Part shown: positions 1 through 8,373 of the stretch, one piece after another
Position numbering within the stretch: position 1 is the stretch's first letter
Layout: every line of letters starts with the position of its first letter
IMG/VR virus record: IMGVR_UViG_3300032047_003368
DNA length: 64,000 nucleotides
DNA from: an uncultured virus (IMG/VR IMGVR_UViG_3300032047_003368)
Taxonomy: Duplodnaviria; Heunggongvirae; Uroviricota; Caudoviricetes
Strand: one strand, 5' to 3'
The notes under the pieces: generated by a model
Told to the model about the DNA's origin: nothing
Databases searched by the model: none
The model's input: the letters and a program-made list of their open reading frames with translations, nothing else
Program-made: the position numbers and the translations under genes

Positions 1-354
1 TCAAGGTTTTTTACGCCACAACTTGATTCTTTTTCCTGCTACAGTTGTCCACCGAAACTGATAATCAAGATTTTCAGGTAAATCATAAACTGCTTCTGTG
101 TCAGTCCATGCGTATGTAGTTGTATCTGTTTCGTTTTTTCTCCACGGAAGCATCCATCGTTCCCACGGGTCTTGTCCTTCGTGTAAAGCATCATCAGGTA
201 ATACGAAATATCGTTCGTATCCAATATCAGAATGAAGACCTACGTTCCAAACTGAATTGCTTGGTGGAAATTTCTTTACAAGTGTAATTTCACTCCATTG
301 TCGTCCTGAATAAAAGTTGATGTTTAAACTGGGTTTATCCATCGTTGCAACCAT
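1..354 (-). CDS. DPWxR-family small Trp-rich protein (array member 12)
   Basis: Shares WSEITLVKKFPPSN / DPWERWMLPW / FRWTTVAGKRIKLW blocks with neighbours; TGA stop at 1-3. Confidence 0.85.
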   Translation of the reverse strand: MVATMDKPSLNINFYSGRQWSEITLVKKFPPSNSVWNVGLHSDIGYERYFVLPDDALHEGQDPWERWMLPWRKNETDTTTYAWTDTEAVYDLPENLDYQFRWTTVAGKRIKLWRKKP

Positions 355-366
355 CAGTTTGTATGC

Positions 367-585
367 TTATACACCAATCGGATTATTTTTTAATGTTTCA
401 AGCATTGAAATTGCTGAATCGAGTTTTTTATATTCTTCTTCAATGGTCTCGGCGATAATTTGATGTTCTCCGATTCCGACAATGTTGTTATCATAAACCG
501 AAAGATTTGCTTTTGCTATATCAACTTCTGCTTCGTATTTTTTAACTAACGCAGAGTGAATGTTTTTTGGTATTTGTTTGTTCAT
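367..585 (-). CDS. Small helical hypothetical phage protein interrupting the array
   Basis: 72-aa ORF directly behind the promoter at 595-623; coiled-coil-like; lacks the DPW motif. Confidence 0.8.
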   Translation of the reverse strand: MNKQIPKNIHSALVKKYEAEVDIAKANLSVYDNNIVGIGEHQIIAETIEEEYKKLDSAISMLETLKNNPIGV

Positions 586-594
586 AATAATAAT

Positions 595-623
595 AATATA
601 TTTTAAAAGAGGTTCTAAGTCAA
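595..623 (-). promoter_or_regulatory. sigma70-type promoter
   Basis: TTGACT-17 nt-TATATT, -10 ends 9 nt before ATG at 585. Confidence 0.7.
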
Positions 624-654
624 TATTGTTTTGTGTGAATTTGTAAAATTTGTA

Positions 655-996
655 TTAATAATCGTATATTCGTTTATACAATCTAAAGGTCTTGCCTTCA
701 ATTGTAGTGTGTCGTTCTGCGAGTGCATATTTCTTTTTTCCTTTTAAAAACATATGTGGAGTTGGTGTATCCCAATTTTTTCCTAAATCAAAATTTCGCC
801 ATTTCCACGGAATCATTTTACGAAACCAAGGATCAAATTCTGTATCAGAAATGCAAGTTATTTTTTTTGCTACATCAAGGTCGTGATCAACATCCATTGG
901 ATCACATACATACGACCAATGTTCATTATTTTGAATTGGATATCGTTTCATAAGTTCAACGGTTCCCCAATGATCACCCATTGAAAAATTCTCCAT
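655..996 (-). CDS. DPWxR-family protein (member 11)
   Basis: WGTVELMKRYPIQN / DPWFRKMIPW / RHTTIEGKTFRLY; start moved from 1074 to ATG 996 to avoid overlapping the upstream gene. Confidence 0.85.
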   Translation of the reverse strand: MENFSMGDHWGTVELMKRYPIQNNEHWSYVCDPMDVDHDLDVAKKITCISDTEFDPWFRKMIPWKWRNFDLGKNWDTPTPHMFLKGKKKYALAERHTTIEGKTFRLYKRIYDY

Positions 997-1006
997 GATT
1001 ATTTCT

Positions 1007-1375
1007 TCAGGATGGAACGCACACATATTTTGATTCATCGCAATATCTCCATAGTGGAATTGATTTTCCTGCAACCGTAGTGTAACGAATTTCGTAAAGT
1101 GAAGCAGCTATTTTGCTTGTTAGTTTCATTGTCCAACCTTTGCAATCTAGTAAATGATTATCTGTATCAAGAAACTGCCATGCTCTTAGTTTACGATCCC
1201 ACGGATCATAATTGTGATCAAACGGAGAATTTTCTTTAAGCATCAAAAAATTACCTTCTTGTAATTCCCAATTATCATTTTCAATTGGATAATTGTTTTG
1301 AACCAAGTCAGTTGCATCCCATTGAATATCGTTGTGTTGAATATAAAGAGGAATTTTATCTGCGTAGGAACTCAT
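1007..1375 (-). CDS. DPWxR-family protein (member 10)
   Basis: NNYPIENDNW / DPWDRKLRAW / IRYTTVAGKSIPLW; ATG 1375 abuts the upstream stop at 1377. Confidence 0.85.
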   Translation of the reverse strand: MSSYADKIPLYIQHNDIQWDATDLVQNNYPIENDNWELQEGNFLMLKENSPFDHNYDPWDRKLRAWQFLDTDNHLLDCKGWTMKLTSKIAASLYEIRYTTVAGKSIPLWRYCDESKYVCVPS

Positions 1376-1376
1376 G

Positions 1377-1775
1377 TTATGAAATTTTGGATGTTCCACG
1401 AATAACGAAATAACTTTTAATCGGACCATGCAAACGCACAAGTTGTCCTGCAACCGTTGTGTTCCAAATTTTCATACTTGGAAGTTGCACTGAATGGTTA
1501 TCACCTTGCTTCACTTGATTTCCGTGTTTTGCAGAAAACTTGTTATTTCCGATTGTCCAATCGCACATTTTTCTTCCCCAAGGATCGCACTCAGGATACC
1601 ACATTTTACAAACCATATTAACTGCAATTTCGTTTGGTTTATTTTCATGATGAATTTCAAGAAGTTCCCATTCTTTGAAATTGATTTGTGGATACTTTTC
1701 AAGAATATCAAGAATGTATCGTGATTTCCATTTACCACAAGTATCTTTATTGATGTTAAGTTCTTTAATCGGCAT
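1377..1775 (-). CDS. DPWxR-family protein (member 9)
   Basis: EKYPQINFKEW / DPWGRKMCDW / WNTTVAGQLVRL. Confidence 0.85.
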   Translation of the reverse strand: MPIKELNINKDTCGKWKSRYILDILEKYPQINFKEWELLEIHHENKPNEIAVNMVCKMWYPECDPWGRKMCDWTIGNNKFSAKHGNQVKQGDNHSVQLPSMKIWNTTVAGQLVRLHGPIKSYFVIRGTSKIS

Positions 1776-2065
1776 TATATTGAATAGTTTTTTTGTACAA
1801 GATAAACATCAATTTTTTGTTTATCAACAGTTACCCACCGAAAGTATGTATCTTTGTGTGGTTTGTATGTTTCCCACTTTGTATTTTTTTCCCATTCACG
1901 ATTCCACGGATCATACGCAACATCACCATCGGTAGTTACAATTTTGGTTGGTAATCCAGGATACCAATATGCGTTGCCACATCCCAATACATAATTTACA
2001 TCATAATCTGATGAATTCCTCGCAGGATACTTTAACAATAGTTTTTCTTTATTCCATATTCTCAT
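1775..2065 (-). CDS. DPWxR-family protein (member 8)
   Basis: WNKEKLLLKYPARN / DPWNREW / FRWVTVDKQKIDVY. Confidence 0.85.
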   Translation of the reverse strand: MRIWNKEKLLLKYPARNSSDYDVNYVLGCGNAYWYPGLPTKIVTTDGDVAYDPWNREWEKNTKWETYKPHKDTYFRWVTVDKQKIDVYLVQKNYSI

Positions 2066-2299
2066 TTATACACAACTCCATAATCTTATTTTTTTTCCAT
2101 CCACTTTTGTATATCCATACACAAGTAGTCCCATTTCATCTACGGTGAAAGTTTTTTTGGTTTTTGTGAAATCACGATTCCACGGGTCTTCTTTAATATC
2201 ATGCAAACAAACAACTGAAGTAATAACATTTCCTGTGAATTTCCATTCCCACATATTTTTGATTGGATATTTTGCTAACAATTTATTTACGTCCCACAT
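2066..2299 (-). CDS. DPWxR-family protein (member 7, minimal 77-aa version)
   Basis: WDVNKLLAKYPIKN / DPWNRDF / YTKVDGKKIRLW. Confidence 0.85.
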   Translation of the reverse strand: MWDVNKLLAKYPIKNMWEWKFTGNVITSVVCLHDIKEDPWNRDFTKTKKTFTVDEMGLLVYGYTKVDGKKIRLWSCV

Positions 2300-2308
2300 A
2301 CTTCCACT

Positions 2309-2337
2309 ATTTTATGATATTATAAAAAATATGTCAA
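2309..2337 (-). promoter_or_regulatory. sigma70-type promoter inside the array
   Basis: TTGACA-17 nt-TAAAAT, 9 nt before ATG 2299; the -35 box contains the TGA stop of the upstream gene. Confidence 0.8.
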
Positions 2338-2771
2338 ACGTTATTGTTTTTTTTAAGATCATAATATTCACTCAAAGTAATTCCTCGTTCTCTACACTCG
2401 ATTCTATGCCAAGGATCTTTCCAAGTAGGTTTTCTGCGATATAATCTTACCGCAAATCCATTTACTGAAGTAACCGTCATGCAACTTTCAGGATTCATAT
2501 CATTTAACGGAGGATGAGGCCAAGTATTTTCTCCCCACATTTTAGGAGTTTTATCGTGTTCAGTTATATATGGAAGCATTTGCCTTCCCCAAGGATCAAG
2601 TTTAGGTTCATGCACAAGTGCAATCAAATGACTACGATAATTGATGGGTTCAACCCAACGTTCCCATTCATTTTTATTGGTAATAGGAAATGCATTCTCT
2701 CCAACAATCTTCGGATAAACATCATAAAACTGCCACTTCTTAATTAGTATAAAATCGTTGTTTGTTTTCAT
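2334..2771 (-). CDS. DPWxR-family protein (member 6)
   Basis: AFPITNKNEW / DPWGRQMLPY / VTSVNGFAVRLY plus a second DPWHR in the tail; ATGA overlap at 2768-2771. Confidence 0.85.
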   Translation of the reverse strand: MKTNNDFILIKKWQFYDVYPKIVGENAFPITNKNEWERWVEPINYRSHLIALVHEPKLDPWGRQMLPYITEHDKTPKMWGENTWPHPPLNDMNPESCMTVTSVNGFAVRLYRRKPTWKDPWHRIECRERGITLSEYYDLKKNNNV

Positions 2772-3181
2772 AGATATTTGTAAAAACGAATTCCTTTGTT
2801 TTCTATGGTTGTCCAACGAAAATCAACTCCGTCATAAATATCTAACCATTCGTATGGACCACGACCATATTTTCTTGCAAAGTTTGTATCTTCATATGGA
2901 GTTTCAGTTGCCGTCCATTTTCGCAAAGGTCGATTCCAAGGATCAAATTCGAGAAACTTTTTTTGCCGTTCCGTCAACACACTTACATTTGTTTTTGTTG
3001 CTATATTAAATCGTATATCATGTGGAGAGTAATCGTACACAGGATTCGTTATAGGATATTCTTTGATAATATAATCAAGTTCTTCGTTCCAAGTATAAAA
3101 ATGCTCTTGGTTTTTGTTGTATATTAATTGACCATAATTGGTCATACGAACATTTCCACGAATTGTAATAGGTTTTATCAT
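2768..3181 (-). CDS. DPWxR-family protein (member 5)
   Basis: KEYPITN / DPWNRPLRKW / GRGPYEW / FRWTTIENKGIRFY; ATGA overlap at 3178-3181. Confidence 0.85.
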   Translation of the reverse strand: MIKPITIRGNVRMTNYGQLIYNKNQEHFYTWNEELDYIIKEYPITNPVYDYSPHDIRFNIATKTNVSVLTERQKKFLEFDPWNRPLRKWTATETPYEDTNFARKYGRGPYEWLDIYDGVDFRWTTIENKGIRFYKYL

Positions 3182-3516
3182 TCGCACCAAAGCATTATAT
3201 GTTTTCCTTCAATTGCCGTGAACCTATAAAAATCCGTATTGTCATTGGGAATCCAATCGTGGGGGCCACGTCCGGCATTTTTCGTCCAAACTTTATCATC
3301 TTTGCACCATTTGCGAAATGGACGAAACCAAGGATCACTTTCCAATAAATTACTCGGAGATACCGGTTTTGCAATGTAACGTGTTCCCGTAAACGTCCAT
3401 TGCTCTTTATTCAAAATCGGATACTTTTTATTAAGTTCGTGAGGAGTCCACCTCGCATCGGATGGTGGTGGTCCGTATTCCGTTTTAATTTCCAATGGTT
3501 TCATTGATTGCATCAT
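3178..3516 (-). CDS. DPWxR-family protein (member 4)
   Basis: KKYPILNKEQW / DPWFRPFRKW / GRGPHDW / YRFTAIEGKHIMLW. Confidence 0.85.
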   Translation of the reverse strand: MMQSMKPLEIKTEYGPPPSDARWTPHELNKKYPILNKEQWTFTGTRYIAKPVSPSNLLESDPWFRPFRKWCKDDKVWTKNAGRGPHDWIPNDNTDFYRFTAIEGKHIMLWCE

Positions 3517-3518
3517 GT

Positions 3519-3881
3519 TTATTTCTTCTTAAAAATCAATTTGAGTTTTATGTATTTTCCGTTTATTGTAACATACCGATAAAATTTGTGGTCTTCGTCG
3601 TCACCTGATTCGGGTTTCCAATTTTGAGGTCCATAGCAATCTTCACCAGGTTGAGCATACGCATAAGTCCACGGAATAAGTAATCTTTCCCACGGATCGG
3701 TTTTAATGTCTTCTAACAGTGGAAGTCTTGATGTTTTGTTTGTGTCGGTACGCACGTGAGTAATCCACTCACTTCCCAAACGAAACCATTGTTTGTTTTT
3801 TGGTTCGTATTCAGATTGAATTTGCAATCCTTCACCAGGAGCAAGCAAATCAATATTCAGTATCCCGTTTTTAATTAACAT
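3519..3881 (-). CDS. DPWxR-family protein (member 3)
   Basis: DPWERLLIPW / YGPQNW / YRYVTINGKYIKL. Confidence 0.85.
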   Translation of the reverse strand: MLIKNGILNIDLLAPGEGLQIQSEYEPKNKQWFRLGSEWITHVRTDTNKTSRLPLLEDIKTDPWERLLIPWTYAYAQPGEDCYGPQNWKPESGDDEDHKFYRYVTINGKYIKLKLIFKKK

Positions 3882-4201
3882 TATTTATACAAAGGATGAC
3901 TTGGTGAAGGATACATCCATAAAGCAACCGTTTTTCGCATAACCGATGTTAAACGATAATATGTTCCGTTGGTGGTTGCATTCAACCAATCATTAACTTG
4001 GGTTTGGCCCGGTCGATTCCACGAAGTTAGTTTTCGTCCCCACGGATCAGTTTCAATATGCTCATCCAAATCATAAAAATATTCAAATAAATCTCCATTG
4101 AGTTGCCAACGTTTATTAACAATCGGAAATCTAAACGTTAGCTCTTGAAGTGAATACCAATGAACGTTCGGATTAATTTCTATTACTTTTTCTTTTGCCA
4201 T
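3881..4201 (-). CDS. DPWxR-family protein (member 2)
   Basis: FRFPIVNKRW / DPWGRKLTSW / YRLTSVMRKTVALW. Confidence 0.85.
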   Translation of the reverse strand: MAKEKVIEINPNVHWYSLQELTFRFPIVNKRWQLNGDLFEYFYDLDEHIETDPWGRKLTSWNRPGQTQVNDWLNATTNGTYYRLTSVMRKTVALWMYPSPSHPLYK

Positions 4202-4503
4202 AACTTAATTGCAGTTTCTTTGATTGATGTATAACGAAAATATGTATATTCTTTGACGTGCATTGATGATGCAATCCAGTTGTATTTGTTGCCATCACCT
4301 TGATCGAAATTCCAAGGTAAGGTGGGACGATTCCACGGATCATTAACAGGATTTTCAATCGTTGAAACAATCATTGGATAACGATTGCTTGTTCCATCTA
4401 TTTTCCATTCTTTGATATTCTCAATAGGATATTTTTCAAGCAATTTATCTGTTTGCCAAGAAATTCCACCATCAATTAAAACTCTATCTCTTTTATCTCT
4501 CAT
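4183..4503 (-). CDS. DPWxR-family protein (member 1)
   Basis: WQTDKLLEKYPIEN / DPWNRPTLPW / FRYTSIKETAIKLW. Confidence 0.85.
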   Translation of the reverse strand: MRDKRDRVLIDGGISWQTDKLLEKYPIENIKEWKIDGTSNRYPMIVSTIENPVNDPWNRPTLPWNFDQGDGNKYNWIASSMHVKEYTYFRYTSIKETAIKLWQKKK

Positions 4504-4512
4504 TCTTTATAT

Positions 4513-4541
4513 ACTTTACCAAAAATATTATAAAAAGTCAA
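4513..4541 (-). promoter_or_regulatory. sigma70-type promoter heading the array (repeated promoter family)
   Basis: TTGACT-TTTTATAATATTTTTGG-TAAAGT with extended TGn; 9 nt before ATG 4503. Confidence 0.8.
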
Positions 4542-4561
4542 TCAAAAAGTTGATTGAAGTG

Positions 4562-4597
4562 AAAAAAAGTTGTTGATGAAATCAATAACTTTTTTTT
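4562..4597. terminator. Probable intrinsic terminator (possibly bidirectional)
   Basis: A7-gttgttgat-gaa-atcaataac-T8 hairpin between the PRTase gene and the array promoter. Confidence 0.55.
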
Positions 4598-4610
4598 ATG
4601 GAAATCTTAA

Positions 4611-5078
4611 TTAGAAGGAGGGTGGAGCAGGTTCCCAAGGAAACACAATCCAATCATTTCCTACGATGTCTGTGTGATAATAATCGGGAATGTAACTTGA
4701 ACTTCGTCGGACAAACAAACTGCAAGTCGTAAGAGTATCAATGTTACGATTTCTTCCAAAGTGATTAATTAGAAACTTAAAAGTTTCTCCTGTGTCTGAA
4801 ATGTCATCAATCAATAAAACCTTTCCGACCAAATAAGGAGAACAACTTTGATACAAAACAGAATCTTTCCGTTTGCTTAATCCGTTTAATTGATATGATC
4901 GTACACCAACGGTTCTTAGTTCTCGTACATTCAAATGCTCCGCAATAATAGTAGCAGGAATCAATCCACCACGACTAACACCAACAACTGAATCAAATTG
5001 TTTATTTTTTAACCTCGAAGCAAGTGTTTCGCAGAAGCCGTGAACCTGCGAATAATCATAATATGTTTTATTGCTCAT
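4611..5078 (-). CDS. Type I purine phosphoribosyltransferase (Gpt/Hpt-like)
   Basis: VVGVSRGGLIPA, PRPP-binding VLLIDDISDTGET, C-terminal WIVFPWE. Confidence 0.9.
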   Translation of the reverse strand: MSNKTYYDYSQVHGFCETLASRLKNKQFDSVVGVSRGGLIPATIIAEHLNVRELRTVGVRSYQLNGLSKRKDSVLYQSCSPYLVGKVLLIDDISDTGETFKFLINHFGRNRNIDTLTTCSLFVRRSSSYIPDYYHTDIVGNDWIVFPWEPAPPSF

Positions 5079-5419
5079 TCGTCATCGTCCTCTTCGTCAT
5101 TCCAATATTCTTCGTAATCTTTTTCACCATAAAAAGAACCTTTTCCATATTCATCTTCAAATGTTCCACCAACCTCAATTTCTGAATAAAGTTTATGTAG
5201 TTCATTTATTTCATCTTCAATGGTCATGTTGGATGCATTTTCATTTGCCCAAGTTGTTGCTTTCGCATAATAATAATTCATGCCCGTCATTTTTCGTGGT
5301 TTTACCACAATATCGAATCCCCAAGATGGTTCTTTTTTATTCAACCAATCAACTGCTTCGGTCAAATACTTTTTGTCACCGTGAGAAAATTCCAATTCGT
5401 AATCTGTATCATTGCTCAT
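5075..5419 (-). CDS. Acidic hypothetical protein
   Basis: 114-aa ORF, overlapping-start coupling on both sides. Confidence 0.75.
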   Translation of the reverse strand: MSNDTDYELEFSHGDKKYLTEAVDWLNKKEPSWGFDIVVKPRKMTGMNYYYAKATTWANENASNMTIEDEINELHKLYSEIEVGGTFEDEYGKGSFYGEKDYEEYWNDEEDDDE

Positions 5420-5612
5420 TTTTTTCGTCCGTTTCTATATTATCTTCGTCAAGTATCGGTGATTCCCCATCCGTTGCTTCGTTTATTTCATACCACAAAC
5501 CAAATGTTTCAAGAAAAGTAACATACGAAACACTGTCATGTTCCAAAAAATTTTTCTTATAAACATTAGGTCCGTATTTGATGCTGATGCTGACCTGACG
5601 ATTATTATTCAT
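5409..5612 (-). CDS. Hypothetical protein
   Basis: 67-aa ORF in the tightly packed minus-strand run. Confidence 0.65.
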   Translation of the reverse strand: MNNNRQVSISIKYGPNVYKKNFLEHDSVSYVTFLETFGLWYEINEATDGESPILDEDNIETDEKNEQ

Positions 5613-5630
5613 TGATCAATGATAAACCAA

Positions 5631-5837
5631 TTACTTTTTATCGTCAAGACCTTTTATTTTAAGTTTTTCTTCAAGTGCATCCTGATATTTGTATGCAAAC
5701 CAGCAGAAAAAAGAAACGGTCAAACTGAATATAGAAAACCAACTGCCACCATACGCAAGAATGATTGCAGCGATCAAATTAATCCAAAAGAAATAATAGT
5801 TAAGTTTTTTTCTTGTTTCGTTGGTAAATAAACTCAT
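5631..5837 (-). CDS. Small membrane protein (2 TM)
   Basis: Two hydrophobic segments; ATGA overlap. Confidence 0.7.
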   Translation of the reverse strand: MSLFTNETRKKLNYYFFWINLIAAIILAYGGSWFSIFSLTVSFFCWFAYKYQDALEEKLKIKGLDDKK

Positions 5838-6073
5838 GGAATTATCATACCACTGGTCATCTTAACTTTCAAGGTTTTTATTGTACTTTTTTGAATTGCT
5901 TCTTCGGCCTTTTTTTTGGTCATATAATAACCAACGAAACAACCCGGTCCTTTACCATTATTAGAACTAAGCATATAAACTGTAAATGGGCATACATCTT
6001 TTGGAGCATTTCTCCATTGTTCTATTCTGTAAAGACAATCACCATATTGCCAATTGTAAGATGTTCGTTTCAT
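5834..6073 (-). CDS. Hypothetical protein
   Basis: 79-aa ORF. Confidence 0.7.
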   Translation of the reverse strand: MKRTSYNWQYGDCLYRIEQWRNAPKDVCPFTVYMLSSNNGKGPGCFVGYYMTKKKAEEAIQKSTIKTLKVKMTSGMIIP

Positions 6074-6114
6074 TCTATATAATATAAATATATAGAAATT
6101 GGAGAAATTTGGTT

Positions 6115-6582
6115 TTATTCTGCGTCGCCGAGTAGAGGGTCTATATCTTCACCATCTAGTGTGTCATCAAGTTCGAGCAAACGTGTCTTTATATTGATAC
6201 CGAAGGATTTTGCAGCTATTCGGATTTGTTCAAGACTATCAATTTCCTCTTGAATTTTGATACCAAGATTCTTACACGCATCTGTTTGCTTTTTGATGAT
6301 TCCCTCGATATTTTTTTGCCGTGCCTTCCGATCAGCTGTTAATTTCAGTTTTTTGACTTTGGCCATGCGGTTAACAAGACGATCAAGAACCTTAAGTCGT
6401 TTACGAATTTGTTGCTTACACCAATAAATTGTAGTTATATTTCCCTGAGCAAGCTTACACAGCTGCAAAATTTGATCTTTATATTCATCCGGATCACCAT
6501 CGTTTGACTCATAACCATTACTATTTAACTCATCACTTCCCATTACATGATATTCACAATGATAAATATTGTGAAGCATCAA
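6115..6582 (-). CDS. Coiled-coil hypothetical protein
   Basis: 155 aa, K/R-rich helical core; start uncertain. Confidence 0.7.
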   Translation of the reverse strand: MMLHNIYHCEYHVMGSDELNSNGYESNDGDPDEYKDQILQLCKLAQGNITTIYWCKQQIRKRLKVLDRLVNRMAKVKKLKLTADRKARQKNIEGIIKKQTDACKNLGIKIQEEIDSLEQIRIAAKSFGINIKTRLLELDDTLDGEDIDPLLGDAE

Positions 6583-7019
6583 AAAGAATCAGAATATCTT
6601 GAGCGATTTTTAGACATATCCACAAATCCATCCATACGATGAAGTTCTTCTTGCATATCCTTCTCAGTATACACCAAATGATCAGTATCCAGGTCACCTT
6701 TGATGAGTTTTTCATCATCCATAAGATCAACACTTGGTTTTCTGCCTCTCTTTTTAGGTTTATTTGCCATATTCTTGGTTCGTCCATCCGGATGTTGATA
6801 AAATGATGTCATATAACGAATATTCTCAATTCTCTGAGATTCGTGGATAGGATTTGGAAATGGCAACTCATAAGTTACTGCAACTTGTTCTACCACCTTG
6901 TTTTTAGCACCTTTGGGACGACCACGACCACGTTTAACCGAAGTTGTTGATTTATTCTTTTGAATCTTATTTTTGCTACCTTTGGGACGACCAGGTCCTC
7001 TTTTTTTGATTGATGTCAT
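6579..7019 (-). CDS. AT-hook-containing DNA-binding protein
   Basis: KKRGPGRPKGSKNK, KRGRGRPKGAKNK and KKRGRKP motifs; acidic C-terminus. Confidence 0.75.
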   Translation of the reverse strand: MTSIKKRGPGRPKGSKNKIQKNKSTTSVKRGRGRPKGAKNKVVEQVAVTYELPFPNPIHESQRIENIRYMTSFYQHPDGRTKNMANKPKKRGRKPSVDLMDDEKLIKGDLDTDHLVYTEKDMQEELHRMDGFVDMSKNRSRYSDSF

Positions 7020-7022
7020 AAT

Positions 7023-7205
7023 TTATCTATTATTGTTGTTGTCCGAAATTTTTGTTGTTCTGATTATAATAGGTTGATTGGTCATATACAAATAAGTTGC
7101 GTAAGTATACGCATCATCGTCTGTACAACCAATTTCAACGAATCGTTTTTTGAGTTGTTCAAGTAATATTAAATCTTCTGCTAATTCTTTCCAATTCATA
7201 TTCAC
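7023..7205 (-). CDS. Hypothetical protein
   Basis: 60-aa ORF. Confidence 0.6.
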   Translation of the reverse strand: MNMNWKELAEDLILLEQLKKRFVEIGCTDDDAYTYATYLYMTNQPIIIRTTKISDNNNNR

Positions 7206-7222
7206 ATATATTTCCGTTAAAA

Positions 7223-7429
7223 TTATATCAACGGATTTTCTACTAAAACTATGTCAGACTCATCTAAAATAGTTTGTGTTCCAATTGTTGGATATGATAC
7301 TGCATAGGAAATCTGTGTTTCTCCGTCTGGATCCCATCTTGGTGGTGGAACTTCAATGCGATAAGTAATTATACCCACCAAACCAATTCCGTTTCTGTCT
7401 CTTACTCTATCTTCGTTATTAAAACTCAT
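7223..7429 (-). CDS. Hypothetical small beta-rich protein
   Basis: 68-aa ORF directly behind the promoter copy at 7477-7517. Confidence 0.7.
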   Translation of the reverse strand: MSFNNEDRVRDRNGIGLVGIITYRIEVPPPRWDPDGETQISYAVSYPTIGTQTILDESDIVLVENPLI

Positions 7430-7476
7430 TTTATTTCTCTCTTTTTTGTTTTTTTAAAGGAAGTATTTCCTTATCA

Positions 7477-7517
7477 TCAATACAAGTATACTACCAAAAT
7501 TATTATAAAAAGTCAAG
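7477..7517 (-). promoter_or_regulatory. Repeated strong sigma70 promoter
   Basis: 41 bp identical to the copies at 8.2 and 11.9 kb; TTGACT-17-TAGTAT with TGn. Confidence 0.85.
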
Positions 7518-7534
7518 TTAAATCTTAGTTTATT

Positions 7535-7720
7535 TTACAAATCAGTTGCAGACCACAATCTACCAATTGCCCAACACTGCGTACCAAGACTTATAACCGA
7601 AAGGCAAGTCAGTACAGGTTGAAGTGTTGCCTGTGATCCCGTGAATCCTGCGTAGAATCCGGTCATAAATGTGATTATTAATATTCCGAGAGTGATTTGT
7701 GCTACTTGTTTATTTTTCAT
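7535..7720 (-). CDS. Small membrane protein (2 TM)
   Basis: 61 aa, hydrophobic. Confidence 0.7.
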   Translation of the reverse strand: MKNKQVAQITLGILIITFMTGFYAGFTGSQATLQPVLTCLSVISLGTQCWAIGRLWSATDL

Positions 7721-7747
7721 AATATATTGTTGTTTGTTTTAAATGGG

Positions 7748-8170
7748 TTATGCAGTTGCAGTTAAAGGTGAAAACTTGTAAGAACCACCCCTGCGAGTTA
7801 AATAATCAACTCCGTAAGGTCCAACACACGAAAGACCAAAGTCATCGGCAAGAACTGAACCTCTTGAATGTCTTGCAGGTGCTTTCCAAGTGGCAGGCTT
7901 CAGAATGTCACCAACGGAATAAGAACCCATGCTCTTGGTGTTTCCGTCTACGAGGGCAATGAAGCAATAAACACTACGAGCATTGCCATCACGGTCGGTG
8001 CTTACAATTCTAAGAAACTTCCGACCCGTATCAGCAACAACATACTGATGATCTTCGGCAGTTTCCGCATAAGTTGACGGAAAGTTGTTTCTGTAATGAT
8101 TATGCATATTTTGGTTTACCAACTGCATAAAGTTTTCTATTCTCTCGTTTATATTTTGATCGTTATTCAT
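7748..8170 (-). CDS. Conserved phage hypothetical protein
   Basis: GRKFLRIV..RSVYCFI..GDILKPATWKAPA resembles a small-protein family I recall from large marine phages; the ORF-track start (8245) lies in the promoter, so ATG 8170 is used. Confidence 0.75.
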   Translation of the reverse strand: MNNDQNINERIENFMQLVNQNMHNHYRNNFPSTYAETAEDHQYVVADTGRKFLRIVSTDRDGNARSVYCFIALVDGNTKSMGSYSVGDILKPATWKAPARHSRGSVLADDFGLSCVGPYGVDYLTRRGGSYKFSPLTATA

Positions 8171-8198
8171 ATTTTTAATATTTTTGTTTTGGTTCTTT

Positions 8199-8256
8199 CT
8201 CACTCTCAATACAAGTATACTACCAAAATTATTATAAAAAGTCAAGCATTATTTTT
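8199..8256 (-). repeat. 58-bp perfect repeat containing a sigma70 promoter (copy A)
   Basis: Identical to 11898-11955. Confidence 0.9.
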
Positions 8257-8373
8257 ATAATAATGACCAAAGTGCTGATTTGGCACGATATATCAAGCAA
8301 TATCCTGAATTTCGTATAAAAATGATTGATTTCCACTTGAAATCCACCAGTGTGCTTGATATATCAAGCATAA

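Noticed and set aside
1..4503. Diversity-generating retroelement explaining the paralog array
   Set aside because: No reverse transcriptase in the window and no near-identical TR/VR pair with adenine-specific differences; copies are deeply diverged with indels
8280..8300. sigma54 promoter (TGGCACG)
   Set aside because: The required TTGC at -12 is missing
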